From contig JBHICG010000030.1 of the NCBI GenBank assembly GCA_046759445.1, positions 1 to 36,704 of the forward strand: 36,704 nucleotides of DNA. The letters run 5' to 3'. Below the pieces are notes generated by a model. The model searched no databases. It was not told the origin of the DNA and saw only the letters and a program-made list of their open reading frames with translations. This document shows positions 8,068 to 17,732 of the stretch, one piece after another. Both the position numbers and the translations under genes were made by a program. The stretch comes from Candidatus Scalinduaceae bacterium. Its GTDB lineage: Bacteria > Planctomycetota > Brocadiia > Brocadiales > Scalinduaceae. Position 1 is the stretch's first letter. Every line of letters begins with the position of its first letter.

Positions 8068-8240
8068 TTGGACATCCTTCGCTCAACTTCTTCATGATCT
8101 AAGACACGGCCTTCTTCAATATCTTTCAGCCCAAGTCGAATCTTTTCCTGAACATAAATGTGATATTGAATATCTTCATACGAAGCATTATCAGGAATCT
8201 GATCAAGCATTTTCCTTATGTTTTCTTTTGCCGTAACCAT
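8052..8240 (-). CDS. antitoxin of the RelE/ParE pair
   Basis: AKE...LDQIPDNASYEDIQYHIYV..KI..GLKDIEEGRV..HEEV; SD GGAGGT; overlaps the toxin start. Confidence 0.88.
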   Translation of the reverse strand: MVTAKENIRKMLDQIPDNASYEDIQYHIYVQEKIRLGLKDIEEGRVLDHEEVERRMSKWLGK

Positions 8241-8456
8241 ATCCACCTCCAGTTAAATTATCTGTGCCAAAAATACTTTTATTATAGAAAAAATGAATTT
8301 TATCTTTTATTTGTTCCTTTTCAATAGATTTTATTGAAAGGATAAAAGAATTTAAAAATTTTAACTTATCATAATTATCCTGTAAATTCAGTCTAAATTT
8401 CTTTTGCATATTCATATGATTGAAAAAATACACCTAATATCGATATTTAAGATGTG

Positions 8457-8826
8457 TTAATTATTCTCCAACGATAAAATAGGCAACCCCCTATTATTGT
8501 CTAGATTTACGATCTGGAATTTAGACGATTTAATAGGGACAGCTGTCCCTATTTTCCTTTCCTCACCTATCGCCAAATATAGAGCAGCTTTAGCAGCCAT
8601 TTGGACGGAAAGGAGAATTGGATGATGTCTTTTCATGATTGGAGAGGGATGGGGAATGGCCAATTCCATTGCAATCCGATTAGCAATGGCTTCCTCAAGA
8701 CAGTCAGCAGCCTCGACAATGGCACCCCTTAGTTCTAATTGCTTCCGGTAAATCAGGAAAAGTAACAACAAAGCCAGCATCTTTTTTGTCCCGGGTGATT
8801 TTAGCTGGATAAATAAAATTTTCCAT
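8457..8826 (-). pseudogene. hicB: HicB antitoxin pseudogene
   Basis: MENFIYPAKIT...GFVVTFPDLPEAI from ATG 8826, frameshift, then EAADCLEEAIA.RI.....IP.PS...AAKAALYLA; breaks off at the 8532-8553 palindrome, so the C-terminal DNA-binding part is missing. Confidence 0.85.
8532..8553. repeat. 22-bp perfect palindrome (REP-like)
   Basis: AATAGGGACAGCTGTCCCTATT; related degenerate copies near 8476-8498, 1455-1475 and 10666-10693. Confidence 0.8.
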
Positions 8827-8829
8827 TTT

Positions 8830-8897
8830 TTACTCCTTAAGATCGTTTAATGAAAGTCCAAGTTGGTCGATCATTGCGTGTAATGTACCATCTGTAA
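8830..8897 (-). pseudogene. hicA: 3' remnant of HicA toxin
   Basis: TDGTLHAMIDQLGLSLNDLKE* directly upstream of the hicB start; 5' part absent. Confidence 0.65.
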
Positions 8898-8986
8898 GAG
8901 AATAAGGGTGGGATTACCTTGGCCTACTCGACTTAATCATGTCTAAAAAATTGAAATTTGTGCCGAAAATAATTATTCACTATTCA

Positions 8987-9174
8987 ACAGGTTGTCCGAG
9001 AACTGTCATTCCGCTCCCATTCCTAGCTTACGCAAGGAAGCTATGGGGGGCAGAATCTAAAACCTCTGTAAATACTTATAATTATAGATTCTGACCCCGC
9101 TTCTTGCTTTCGCAAGAAAGCAGTGGGGTCAGAATGACAAAAATGACGCTTTTGCTAATTCTCGGACAACCTGT
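8987..9174. mobile_element. 188-bp MITE-like element with nested palindromes
   Basis: perfect 16-bp TIR ACAGGTTGTCCGAGAA / TTCTCGGACAACCTGT; internal GTCATTC..GAATC / GATTC..GAATGAC pair. Confidence 0.75.
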
Positions 9175-9359
9175 CAAGACGTGACCATCTCTCCTCCAAC
9201 GCAAATACCTTGCAACAAGAATTATTTTCTGCTCATTTTTCTTGCATATTAAGGCTGATGTAAAATCAGAAGGCTGATGGTGTAATTCTTCGAATTAACT
9301 TAACCAGAAGGCAACGGATTCATATTAAATGATATGCAACCCTGAACATTCCTATTCGT

Positions 9360-9664
9360 TCACTTGATTTTCTTTTTTGGTATTAAAGATAGAAACTCAA
9401 GTTTAATCCCATAAGATTTTTCTCCAAGCAAACAGTCTTTGAAGAAGATTAGATCTTCTTGAGCGGTATCAAATCTTTCATCTTCATCATGTAAGAGAGA
9501 GAGCGCGCTGTTATAGCATCCTCTATCAGAATATCCTCCACATGAAAATATTCCTCTGTTAACTTCTTTATTGCCTATGCAGAAGCTTCTCCTTTTGAAA
9601 CTTTACCTTTAAGATAATCATTAGTTTTCTCGACAACCTCTTTCCCCCCCCCTACCTTACACAT
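9360..9664 (-). pseudogene. degraded ~100-aa hypothetical gene
   Basis: ATG 9664 with G-rich SD; MCKVGGGKEVVEKTNDYLKGKVSKGEASA*AIKKL..., in-frame TAG at 9575-9577 and a frameshift at a (GA)n tract near 9500, then LHDEDERFDTAQEDLIFFKDCLLGEK. Confidence 0.45.
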
Positions 9665-9849
9665 ATTATTCGCACCCCCATAATTGTATCACGAGACATC
9701 ATTGAAAGGGAATTGTAAAGAGATAAAAGTTGGCTGATGTAGGTTTGGCAGTTTTTCCTAAACATTATGTCAAAGACGAAAAAAATGTAATAAATGAAAG
9801 ATGACCCAACTTGTTGAATAAATTAGTTTTTGTCATATTGGTTTTCTAC

Positions 9850-10532
9850 TTAAATGTTACTTTTAGCGCAAATTTCCTTAAATTGACAATCTTTAATATC
9901 CTTAAACTGCAGTCCAATACCTGGAACACACATATTTTTACCCCAATCATTCTTCCATAGTACTTGCCCTCGTATAGGTGTTTTGTCCTTTAATTCCTTA
10001 ATGATAAACCAAGCATCATTACCTACTCCCAGTTACTACTTGAAAAAATAAAACATCCTCCTAGATCAATATTCATTATTACAGTCTTCTCATAATCTCC
10101 AGAACTCACGTTCTTACTTTTAGACAAAATAACGTTAAAGTTAATATCTCTTCTAAGATTAGATCGAATTATCCTTGCACTAAAAGAACAACATTGTTGA
10201 GTTATGAAATTATCTAATGTCCCACTCCCTTTAACTTTGCCAATGTAAAGCGTTCTTATTTGTCCAGATTTCATATCAAAAGTAAGTTGTATTACAGGAT
10301 AATGTTCAAATATATTCTGAGCCCTCCCTTTTTCATCACTATGACTTCTTATTTTTGTTAGCATGTCAATCATCAATCCATTATAGGGCATACCGACAAT
10401 TACTTTGAAAAGCTCTTTGAATGATGAAACAACATCTACTCGGGCTCCTAACTTTTTACTTGCATCCAAATATTTTTGTCTGGCGCTTCCTTTTTTGCAA
10501 ACAAGTAATATCCTAACACTCATTAAGAACAC
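9850..10532 (-). pseudogene. receiver-like + PilZ domain protein, frameshifted
   Basis: RSNLR and NIDLGGCFI motifs; after a 1-nt frameshift near 10026 the frame continues VGNDAWFIIKELKDKTPIRGQVLW..WG...PGIGLQF to TAA at 9850. Confidence 0.8.
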
Positions 10533-10665
10533 CTTTTTCCTGTAAATTATTTTTCAATATGTGGTTGTTTATTGATGAGTAAGGAATTTGATGTTGTGGT
10601 ATATTGTATCGTAGAATACGATTACAATAATAAAGTCATTTTGTCAAGAAGTGTTTTATATGATA

Positions 10666-10770
10666 AATCGGGGGACACCATACCTATTTAATTGATTTAT
10701 GAGAGTATGAAAGCTAATATTTTGCTATGCCATAATTGCCCGAGTAACTGTACCAAGTATTCTACATCAC
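10666..10770 (+). pseudogene. 5' remnant of a REP-associated tyrosine transposase with its REP and promoter
   Basis: AAATCGGGGACACCATACCTATTT, then TTGATT-17-TAATAT, then ATG 10727: MP(fs)IARVTVPSILHH, resembling the MPRIAR..VP..PHH start of RAYTs. Confidence 0.6.
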
Positions 10771-10868
10771 GCTTGCGGCACATCGTTGACATATAACCCA
10801 AAGGTAAAACCGTAGACAAAAGATCTTTTATTTCAGTTTTAATTTTTAGTAGCAGATTTGCCTGTTGT

Positions 10869-10925
10869 TAGTTCAGGCTTGTAGCCGGAACCTAAACGTT
10901 TCGGTTCAATCTAAAAGATTGAACC
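10869..10925. repeat. GTAG-type REP remnants
   Basis: GTAGCCGGAACCTAAACGTTTCGG adjoining the hairpin GGTTCAATCT-AAA-AGATTGAACC. Confidence 0.6.
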
Positions 10926-11001
10926 AGCAATAGTAATGGGTGTTTAATTTCGGATGGAATGATATTTTGCATCGCCTTTACTTTGCGTGTCTGTTGCCGC
11001 A

Positions 11002-11259
11002 TTATATAAATGCGCTGAGAAATTTGCTTGCGCTGATAATTCGGATGTTTCCTTTTATAAAATCAACGTTCTCATCTTTAACCACTTCATAAATAAAAGG
11101 AATTTTGAGCTTTTTTCCGAAGTACTTTAAAGAAACTGGCACATCTTTTTTATAAGAACTCTTAACTTCAACACAAAACCATATCCTGTTTTGGACAGTA
11201 ATCAGAAAATCTTCTTTTAAATCGTCTAAAATATAATTTTGTAGATACCTTTTAATCAT
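11002..11259 (-). pseudogene. AAA_14/DUF4143 ATPase with a large in-frame internal deletion
   Basis: typical N-terminus MIKRYLQNYILDDLKE joined directly to C-terminal DFLI....WFCVEVK...SLKYF; no Walker motifs. Confidence 0.7.
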
Positions 11260-11498
11260 CAGTTTAAACGGGATAACAAGTCAGATAAATTATACCAAAG
11301 TAGAAAATATTATAGATATTATTATACTTTAGTCAAAATAAAAAACTTTGTTTTTAAGCAGGCATTTAAGTGGAAAGGAGGATAGGTAAAGATGGAAAGG
11401 GTATTATTTTTGATGACATTATGAATGAGAAAATATAAGATATTATATTGTATAGCTTTCAAAATTATATAACAATACCAGATATAAAAGATTTAAGA

Positions 11499-13973
11499 AT
11501 GACAGGACATAGAGATGTAAATGTAAAAAAAGGTTCAATAACTTACAAAATTAGACTATTTGTACAAGCCTTCATTTTTATCATTTTTATTTGTCTACTA
11601 ATATATGCTGATCCTATTGCTGAAAGGGATAAAGCCGTAAACATTTTTCTTCGTTTAAGTCCTCTATCCGCAATTGGCGCAATGGTGGCTGCTAAGGAAT
11701 TTATTGTTATGTATTGGCCAGCTGCCATTATATTAGTAGCATCAGTATTTATGGGCCGTTTCTTTTGTGGTTGGGTATGTCCTCTTGGGACAACTATAGA
11801 TATTACCGACAACTTACTTAAGGAACAAAGGAAGAGAACTTCATATAAGATTTATGATGCTAAAAAATTTAAATATTATTTGTTGGCTTTTCTACTTTTA
11901 AGTTTATTTATAAGCCATCAGATGGTTGGCTGGTTTGATCCACTTAGCATTGTAACAAACGCATATACTATTGTTATCCATCCATACTTTGTTTCTCTAA
12001 TTGATTCACTTTTCAATTTTCTTCATAAATTCTACCTGATAAGCTTTGTAAGCTATAGTATTCATGGTTTTTTCAAAGAGATATTATTTGCATTACACGC
12101 CCCTTTTTTCAGAGGCCATTTTATTTTCCTGATTATACTTTCTGTTATTGTTGGTTTAGGCATTTTTTACAGGAGATATTGGTGTAGAAATATATGCCCC
12201 TTGGGCGCCTTGTTATCTTTGCTTTCAGACTGGTCACTATTCAAACGTGTTGTGGGAGAAAATATTTGTGAAGGGTGTGAGAAATGTTATGTGGAATGCA
12301 AGATGGGGGCCATTGATAGTACAGGCAAAAAGACACAAGAGGGTGAGTGTATTTTATGTATGAAATGTCAGGATATATGTCCTGCTGGAACTGTCAGGTT
12401 TACGCGTAGGCAGCCATCCAGGCAAGAATTATCTGTTAGTTTGACAAAAAGAGGTTTTATGACAGCGTGTGTTTCCAGCGTTGTTGTAGCGCCACTTCTG
12501 TCACTAAACTTTCGCAAAAAAAATAGTGAAGGCAATCTTGGTATAATTAGGCCTCCTGGGTCGGTGCCTGAAGATGAATTTCTGGCGAAATGTGTAAGAT
12601 GTGGTGAATGTATGAGAGTGTGTAAGACAAATGGATTACATCCAACAATTTTAGAAGCAGATTTGAGTGGGATGTGGACACCACAATTGATTCCACGTAT
12701 AGGATATTGTGCCCATGATTGTGTGCTTTGTACAAGGGTTTGCCCTTCCGGGGCAATCACCAAAATTCCTAAAGAAAAGAAACAATGGTTGGCAATTGGA
12801 AAAGCCAGGATAGATAGGAACAGATGTATTCCCTGGGTAGGCTATGCGGGATTGCCGGATTTAGAAAAGAATTGGGAAGATGTTAATTGTGGAGTATGTG
12901 AAGAGGTTTGTCCTGTTCCAACAAAGGCAATTCACTTCAATACGTATGTCCACGGTGAAGGTAAAGAGATAAGAAGGGTTTACGTTAGAGAAGATGCCTG
13001 TATTGGTTGTGGTTTTTGTGAGAAGGTTTGTCCCGTAGCTGGTCATTCTGCAATTGTTGTAGAGGGAATACAACCACAAGTAATGACCAATAAGGTTGAT
13101 GTAATAGAAAGCGATTTTTTTCCTGAGTCTATTGCCCAATGGCAAAGGAAAGAAGGGCCAACTGTATATATTGGCAAGAACAGACTTTTTGAATATATAA
13201 ATGGTGGTGCGGAAACATATTTATCTTATTCGTTTGTTAAGGTATCAACGTCAGTGTATATTAAAAAGGGTACGGGAAATTCTATAAACGTAAACATATG
13301 GGAATTTGATGATTCTGATGATGCTTATGGTGTGTTTGCGAAGGACAAAGCCGGGCAAGCTATAAAGGTAGGACATGGGGCTTCTTTATATGATAATTAT
13401 TTGTGGATATGGAAGGGGAAATATTTTATAAGTGTAGAACCGTATAAAGGTAGTATTACACCTGACGAAGCGATATTTTTCGGTAATTCGATAGTAAATA
13501 ATATTCCTTCTCTCAAGGTGCAGGAGCCAACTATTTTGAAATTATTGCCTGAAAAGGGCTATATACAGGGAAGTTCAAAATTTTTTCACAAAAAGATAAA
13601 TTTTGATAATATTTATGTTTCTGACAAGTTTATGAATAAAAATATATTAAATCTTGGCGAGCAAACGGACGCAGTAGTTGCTGAGTATAAATCTGAAGAA
13701 AATAATCTGCCTTTCAAAATTTTACTAGTCAAGTACCGTAATAAAGCAATAGCAGAAGAATCACTTAAGAATTTTATAGAGTTACGGAAATCATGGGGCG
13801 AAAAAGTTATTCGTACTGACGCATTATATACGTTTGAAGACTTAAAAGGTAGATATAGTAGTGTAACTTGCATAAATAGTTTCGTTATTGCGACGTTTCT
13901 TGTAGGGACAAGGAAGGATTCTGAGGCTTATGTTCAGGATATTATGCTAAATACTTTAGCAGGCTATAGATAA
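11499..13973 (+). CDS. membrane polyferredoxin (NapH/MauN-like + NapG/MauM-like) with C-terminal DUF6599-like domain
   Basis: GRFFCGWVCPLG, RYWCRNICPLG, several CxxCxxCxxxCP, IRPPG; LFEYINGGAETYLSY marks DUF6599; start could be TTG 11448. Confidence 0.88.
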   Translation: MTGHRDVNVKKGSITYKIRLFVQAFIFIIFICLLIYADPIAERDKAVNIFLRLSPLSAIGAMVAAKEFIVMYWPAAIILVASVFMGRFFCGWVCPLGTTIDITDNLLKEQRKRTSYKIYDAKKFKYYLLAFLLLSLFISHQMVGWFDPLSIVTNAYTIVIHPYFVSLIDSLFNFLHKFYLISFVSYSIHGFFKEILFALHAPFFRGHFIFLIILSVIVGLGIFYRRYWCRNICPLGALLSLLSDWSLFKRVVGENICEGCEKCYVECKMGAIDSTGKKTQEGECILCMKCQDICPAGTVRFTRRQPSRQELSVSLTKRGFMTACVSSVVVAPLLSLNFRKKNSEGNLGIIRPPGSVPEDEFLAKCVRCGECMRVCKTNGLHPTILEADLSGMWTPQLIPRIGYCAHDCVLCTRVCPSGAITKIPKEKKQWLAIGKARIDRNRCIPWVGYAGLPDLEKNWEDVNCGVCEEVCPVPTKAIHFNTYVHGEGKEIRRVYVREDACIGCGFCEKVCPVAGHSAIVVEGIQPQVMTNKVDVIESDFFPESIAQWQRKEGPTVYIGKNRLFEYINGGAETYLSYSFVKVSTSVYIKKGTGNSINVNIWEFDDSDDAYGVFAKDKAGQAIKVGHGASLYDNYLWIWKGKYFISVEPYKGSITPDEAIFFGNSIVNNIPSLKVQEPTILKLLPEKGYIQGSSKFFHKKINFDNIYVSDKFMNKNILNLGEQTDAVVAEYKSEENNLPFKILLVKYRNKAIAEESLKNFIELRKSWGEKVIRTDALYTFEDLKGRYSSVTCINSFVIATFLVGTRKDSEAYVQDIMLNTLAGYR

Positions 13974-13981
13974 GTTTTTTG

Positions 13982-14011
13982 TTGAAAATTTTACGACCAT
14001 TGTGATATATT
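13982..14011 (+). promoter_or_regulatory. sigma70 promoter for rpsO-pnp
   Basis: TTGAAA-18bp-TATATT with extended -10 TG. Confidence 0.5.
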
Positions 14012-14036
14012 AAACCAAATTTTTAGGAGATATTAA

Positions 14037-14315
14037 ATGAGTATAGCAAAAGAGTTTAAAAAACAAATAATTGAAGATAGTAGAATACATGAGAATGACA
14101 CGGGTTCGCCGGAAGTACAAATCACCTTGTTAACTGAACAGATAAAACATCTGACTAATCATCTTAAGGTGCACAAAAAAGATCATACCTCAAGACGAGG
14201 TTTGCTTATGATGGTAGGGAAGAGGGCCTCTTTACTAAAATACCTTAGTAAGAGAAACGTGGAAGGTTACAAGACGTTGGTAAAGAAACTGGGTATACGT
14301 CAAAAAATTAGCTAA
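14037..14315 (+). CDS. rpsO: 30S ribosomal protein S15
   Basis: [30 protein letters not shown]. Confidence 0.99.
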   Translation: MSIAKEFKKQIIEDSRIHENDTGSPEVQITLLTEQIKHLTNHLKVHKKDHTSRRGLLMMVGKRASLLKYLSKRNVEGYKTLVKKLGIRQKIS

Positions 14316-14331
14316 CGAAAGGATTGTTAAG

Positions 14332-16434
14332 ATGAAATTAAAAGTTGAGGAGACCATTGGTAAAGAGGTTTTTAGCATTGAAAGCGGTGAAGTAGCAAAG
14401 CAGGCAGATGGCGCTGTTATAGTCCGTTATGGAGATACGGTTGTGTTGGTTGCGGCAGTATGTGGAGAGACGAAAGGTGATGGTGGATTTCTCCCATTAA
14501 CGGTTGATTATAGGGAAAAGACTTATGCCGCGGGGAAATTTCCTGGTGGATTTTATAAACGTGAAAGTAGGCCCACCAACAAAGAAATATTAACAATGAG
14601 GATGACAGATAGACCTATGCGTCCCCTTTTTCCGGAAGGATATTCAAATGAAATACAAATAATGGCGGTAGTTCTATCTGCTGATAAAGAAAACGACCCC
14701 GACGTTATTGCTATGGTAGGAGCTTCTGCAGCAATAGCTGTATCGAGTATACCGTTTAATGGCCCTACCGGCTCAGTAAGGGTAGGTTTAATAAATGATG
14801 AATTTGTAATTAACCCTAAAAACTCAGAGCTTGAATCTAGCGCCCTTAATTTGGTTGTTTCCGGGACAGAAGATGCTGTAATGATGGTAGAAGCTTCTGG
14901 AAAAGAAATTTCCGAGGATAGATTTGTTGATGCAATAATGTTCGGTTTTGAAGAAATTAAAAAGATAGTACAAATGCAAAAAGACCTGATTTCCGAATGT
15001 GGGAGGGAAAAACAAGAACATGAGGAACCAACAATAGACTCTTCGCTTTTTAATGACATAAAGACAAAGGCTTATGAAGAGATTAAGGAACGATCTAGAG
15101 TCATTGGGAAGTTTGCCCGCAAAAAGGCGTTAAAAGAAGTACGCGATAGATTAATTGAAGAATATTTGACTGATACAGATGACGAAGATAGAGAAGAAAA
15201 GGTTAAGACAATTTTTGGAAAGCTTGTGGAACAAGTAGTACAGGAACAAATTATTAAAGAGAGAAAAAGGATTGACGGTAGGGGTCTTGAAGATATAAGA
15301 CCAATTACATGTGAGGTCAGTTACTTGCCTAGAACACATGGTTCCGCTTTGTTTACCAGAGGTGAAACTCAAGCACTTGTAGTTTCTACCCTGGGAACGT
15401 CAATGGATGAACAGCGTGTAGATGGTTTGGTAGAAGGATATAAAAAAAAGTTTATGCTTGATTACAATTTCCCCTCTTTTTGTGTAGGTGAAGTAAAGCC
15501 AATCCGTGGGCCAGGTAGAAGGGAAATAGGCCACGGGTCCCTAGCTGAAAAGGCTTTAGAACCAATGATACCTTCTTATGAAGATTTTCCTTACACAATT
15601 CGTATAGTATCGGACATTCTTGAATCAAATGGTTCATCTTCAATGGCTTCTGTGTGCGGTGGTACACTTTCGATGATGGATGCTGGAATTCCGATAAAAC
15701 GACCTGTTGCTGGTATAGCAATGGGATTGGTAAAAGAAGGTGAGGAAGTTCGAATACTATCTGATATATTGGGAGATGAGGATCATTTGGGGGCTATGGA
15801 CTTTAAAGTAGCTGGAACAGAACAAGGCATAACCGCCCTTCAGATGGATCTGAAAATATCAGGCATAAATGAACAAATTATGAGGGATGCGCTTGCTCAG
15901 GCCAAAGAAGGTAGAATGCATATTTTGAAGGAAATGCTAATTGCCATTGAGAAACCTCGCAGTGAGGTTTCAGTACATGCTCCGAAACTTATTAAGATTA
16001 AAATAAATCCTGATAAGATTGGATTAGTTATTGGCCCTGGAGGCAAGATGATCAAAAGGATACAAGAAGAATCGGATTCGCGTGTAGAAATTGAAGACGA
16101 TGGAACCATTGTTATTTCATCTGATACTTTCGAATCAGTAGAGAATGCTAAGACATATATTATGGGACTCACAGAGGATGCGGAAATAGGAAAAACCTAC
16201 GTGGGTAAGGTTGTAGCAGTGAAAGATTATGGCGCTTTTGTTGAGATAATGCCAGGAAAAGAAGGCCTGGTGCACATTTCTGAACTTTCGAATGATTATA
16301 TTGAGAAGGTAGAAGATGTAGTGAAAGTCGGACAAGAAATAAAAGTAAAATTGATAGGAATTGATGATCAAAAAAGAATAAAGTTAAGCAGGAAGGCCAC
16401 TTTAAAAGAAGAAGGTATTAAGACGGGTACATAA
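14332..16434 (+). CDS. pnp: polyribonucleotide nucleotidyltransferase
   Basis: PLTVDY.EK, HGSALFTRGETQ, RREIGHG, ESNGSSSMA, MDFKVAG, KH and S1 domains. Confidence 0.99.
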   Translation: MKLKVEETIGKEVFSIESGEVAKQADGAVIVRYGDTVVLVAAVCGETKGDGGFLPLTVDYREKTYAAGKFPGGFYKRESRPTNKEILTMRMTDRPMRPLFPEGYSNEIQIMAVVLSADKENDPDVIAMVGASAAIAVSSIPFNGPTGSVRVGLINDEFVINPKNSELESSALNLVVSGTEDAVMMVEASGKEISEDRFVDAIMFGFEEIKKIVQMQKDLISECGREKQEHEEPTIDSSLFNDIKTKAYEEIKERSRVIGKFARKKALKEVRDRLIEEYLTDTDDEDREEKVKTIFGKLVEQVVQEQIIKERKRIDGRGLEDIRPITCEVSYLPRTHGSALFTRGETQALVVSTLGTSMDEQRVDGLVEGYKKKFMLDYNFPSFCVGEVKPIRGPGRREIGHGSLAEKALEPMIPSYEDFPYTIRIVSDILESNGSSSMASVCGGTLSMMDAGIPIKRPVAGIAMGLVKEGEEVRILSDILGDEDHLGAMDFKVAGTEQGITALQMDLKISGINEQIMRDALAQAKEGRMHILKEMLIAIEKPRSEVSVHAPKLIKIKINPDKIGLVIGPGGKMIKRIQEESDSRVEIEDDGTIVISSDTFESVENAKTYIMGLTEDAEIGKTYVGKVVAVKDYGAFVEIMPGKEGLVHISELSNDYIEKVEDVVKVGQEIKVKLIGIDDQKRIKLSRKATLKEEGIKTGT

Positions 16435-16575
16435 TATTACAATTATAAATAATAAAATTTTTTGTATTAGTAATAAGAATTTTTTATAGGAGGTAAAGTA
16501 AAAAAAGAAAATAATGAGAAATATTGATTAAGTTTTTTATTTTATATGTTGTGTGTTCTTAAATGAGGAGAAGAA

Positions 16576-16788
16576 ATGTCGACTAAAGGCAAAGTAAAGT
16601 GGTTTGATGTAAAAAAAGGTTTTGGCTTTATTCAACAAGAAGATGGCAATGATGTATTTGTTCATTATTCAAACATTATCGGAAAAGGCTTTAAAGTTTT
16701 AGAGGATGGTGAAGAAGTAGAGTTTGATGTTGTAGATGGATCAAAAGGACTACAGGCTCAAAACGTTGTTTCTGTAAATAAAGAATAA
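16576..16788 (+). CDS. cold-shock protein
   Basis: [28 protein letters not shown]. Confidence 0.97.
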   Translation: MSTKGKVKWFDVKKGFGFIQQEDGNDVFVHYSNIIGKGFKVLEDGEEVEFDVVDGSKGLQAQNVVSVNKE

Positions 16789-16803
16789 GCTTTGAGTTTA
16801 TTT

Positions 16804-16856
16804 ATAAGCCAGGAAAGTAAGTAAAAAATATACTTCACATCCTGGCTTATTTTTTT
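16804..16856 (+). terminator. intrinsic terminator after csp
   Basis: ATAAGCCAGGA...TCCTGGCTTAT followed by a T-run. Confidence 0.75.
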
Positions 16857-16990
16857 ATTTGGTTATTTTTCTACCCCTGTAAGTGTAGACCGCAACTATT
16901 AGGGGCAAATCAATTCAAGCTATCTCTTTTCAAGGTAGTTGTTGACTACATATATATTTTACAATTTAAGTATTAAAGAGTTTAATAAGG

Positions 16991-17710
16991 ATGATTAAGA
17001 AAAACAAGGATTCTGATAAATTAAATAATCTTGATACATTAGGCGCTGGTTTAGTGCATGAAATAAAGAATCCCTTAAATACAATAAGTGTAAATTTACA
17101 GTTACTTAATGAGGATTTACAAAATAATAATTCAGAAAATAACTTGAAAATGTTAAGAAAGGTTCAGTTGTTACAAAAAGAAGTTTTTAGATTGGAGAAT
17201 ATACTTAGTGATTTCCTGAGATTTACGAAAAAACATGAACTTCATTTTGAAGAGTGTGATATTAACGAAATTATTGGCAGTGTACTTGATTTTATAACTC
17301 CTGAAGCCATGCAAAACTCTATTAGAATACTTAAGAGTTTTGATAAAAGATTGCCAAAATGTAATCTTGATAGTAATATAATAAAGCAGGCATTTTTAAA
17401 CATAATCCTTAATGCACAACAGGCAATGCCAGAAGGTGGAGAACTTATAGTACGAACTTATAAAAACGAAGAATATATCTGTGTCGATATTACAGACACA
17501 GGGGTCGGAATATTACCAGACAAAATGGATAAGATGTTTAAAGTATACTATTCAACTAAGAAAAAGGGTACAGGTCTTGGATTACCTACAGCCAAAAGAA
17601 TTATTGAAGAAAATGAAGGTACGATTAGTGTGCATAGTGAGTATGGTAAAGGAAGTAGCTTTTTGATAAAGATACCATTCCACAAGAATGGAGTTTCGCC
17701 TAGTGAATAA
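16991..17710 (+). CDS. histidine kinase (HisKA + HATPase only)
   Basis: LVHEIKNPL, NIILNA, DTGVGI, STKKKGTGLGL. Confidence 0.93.
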   Translation: MIKKNKDSDKLNNLDTLGAGLVHEIKNPLNTISVNLQLLNEDLQNNNSENNLKMLRKVQLLQKEVFRLENILSDFLRFTKKHELHFEECDINEIIGSVLDFITPEAMQNSIRILKSFDKRLPKCNLDSNIIKQAFLNIILNAQQAMPEGGELIVRTYKNEEYICVDITDTGVGILPDKMDKMFKVYYSTKKKGTGLGLPTAKRIIEENEGTISVHSEYGKGSSFLIKIPFHKNGVSPSE

Positions 17711-17732
17711 ATATTCATGAGAATAAAATATC

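Noticed and set aside
8203..8433. 76-aa minus-strand ORF
   Set aside because: AT-rich low-complexity promoter region overlapping the antitoxin start out of frame
10023..10025. TAG read-through (pyrrolysine or recoding) in the PilZ gene
   Set aside because: The PilZ continuation is in a different frame, so this is a frameshift
16870..16950. c-di-GMP-I riboswitch (GGCAAA)
   Set aside because: The GNRA tetraloop and second stem consensus are absent
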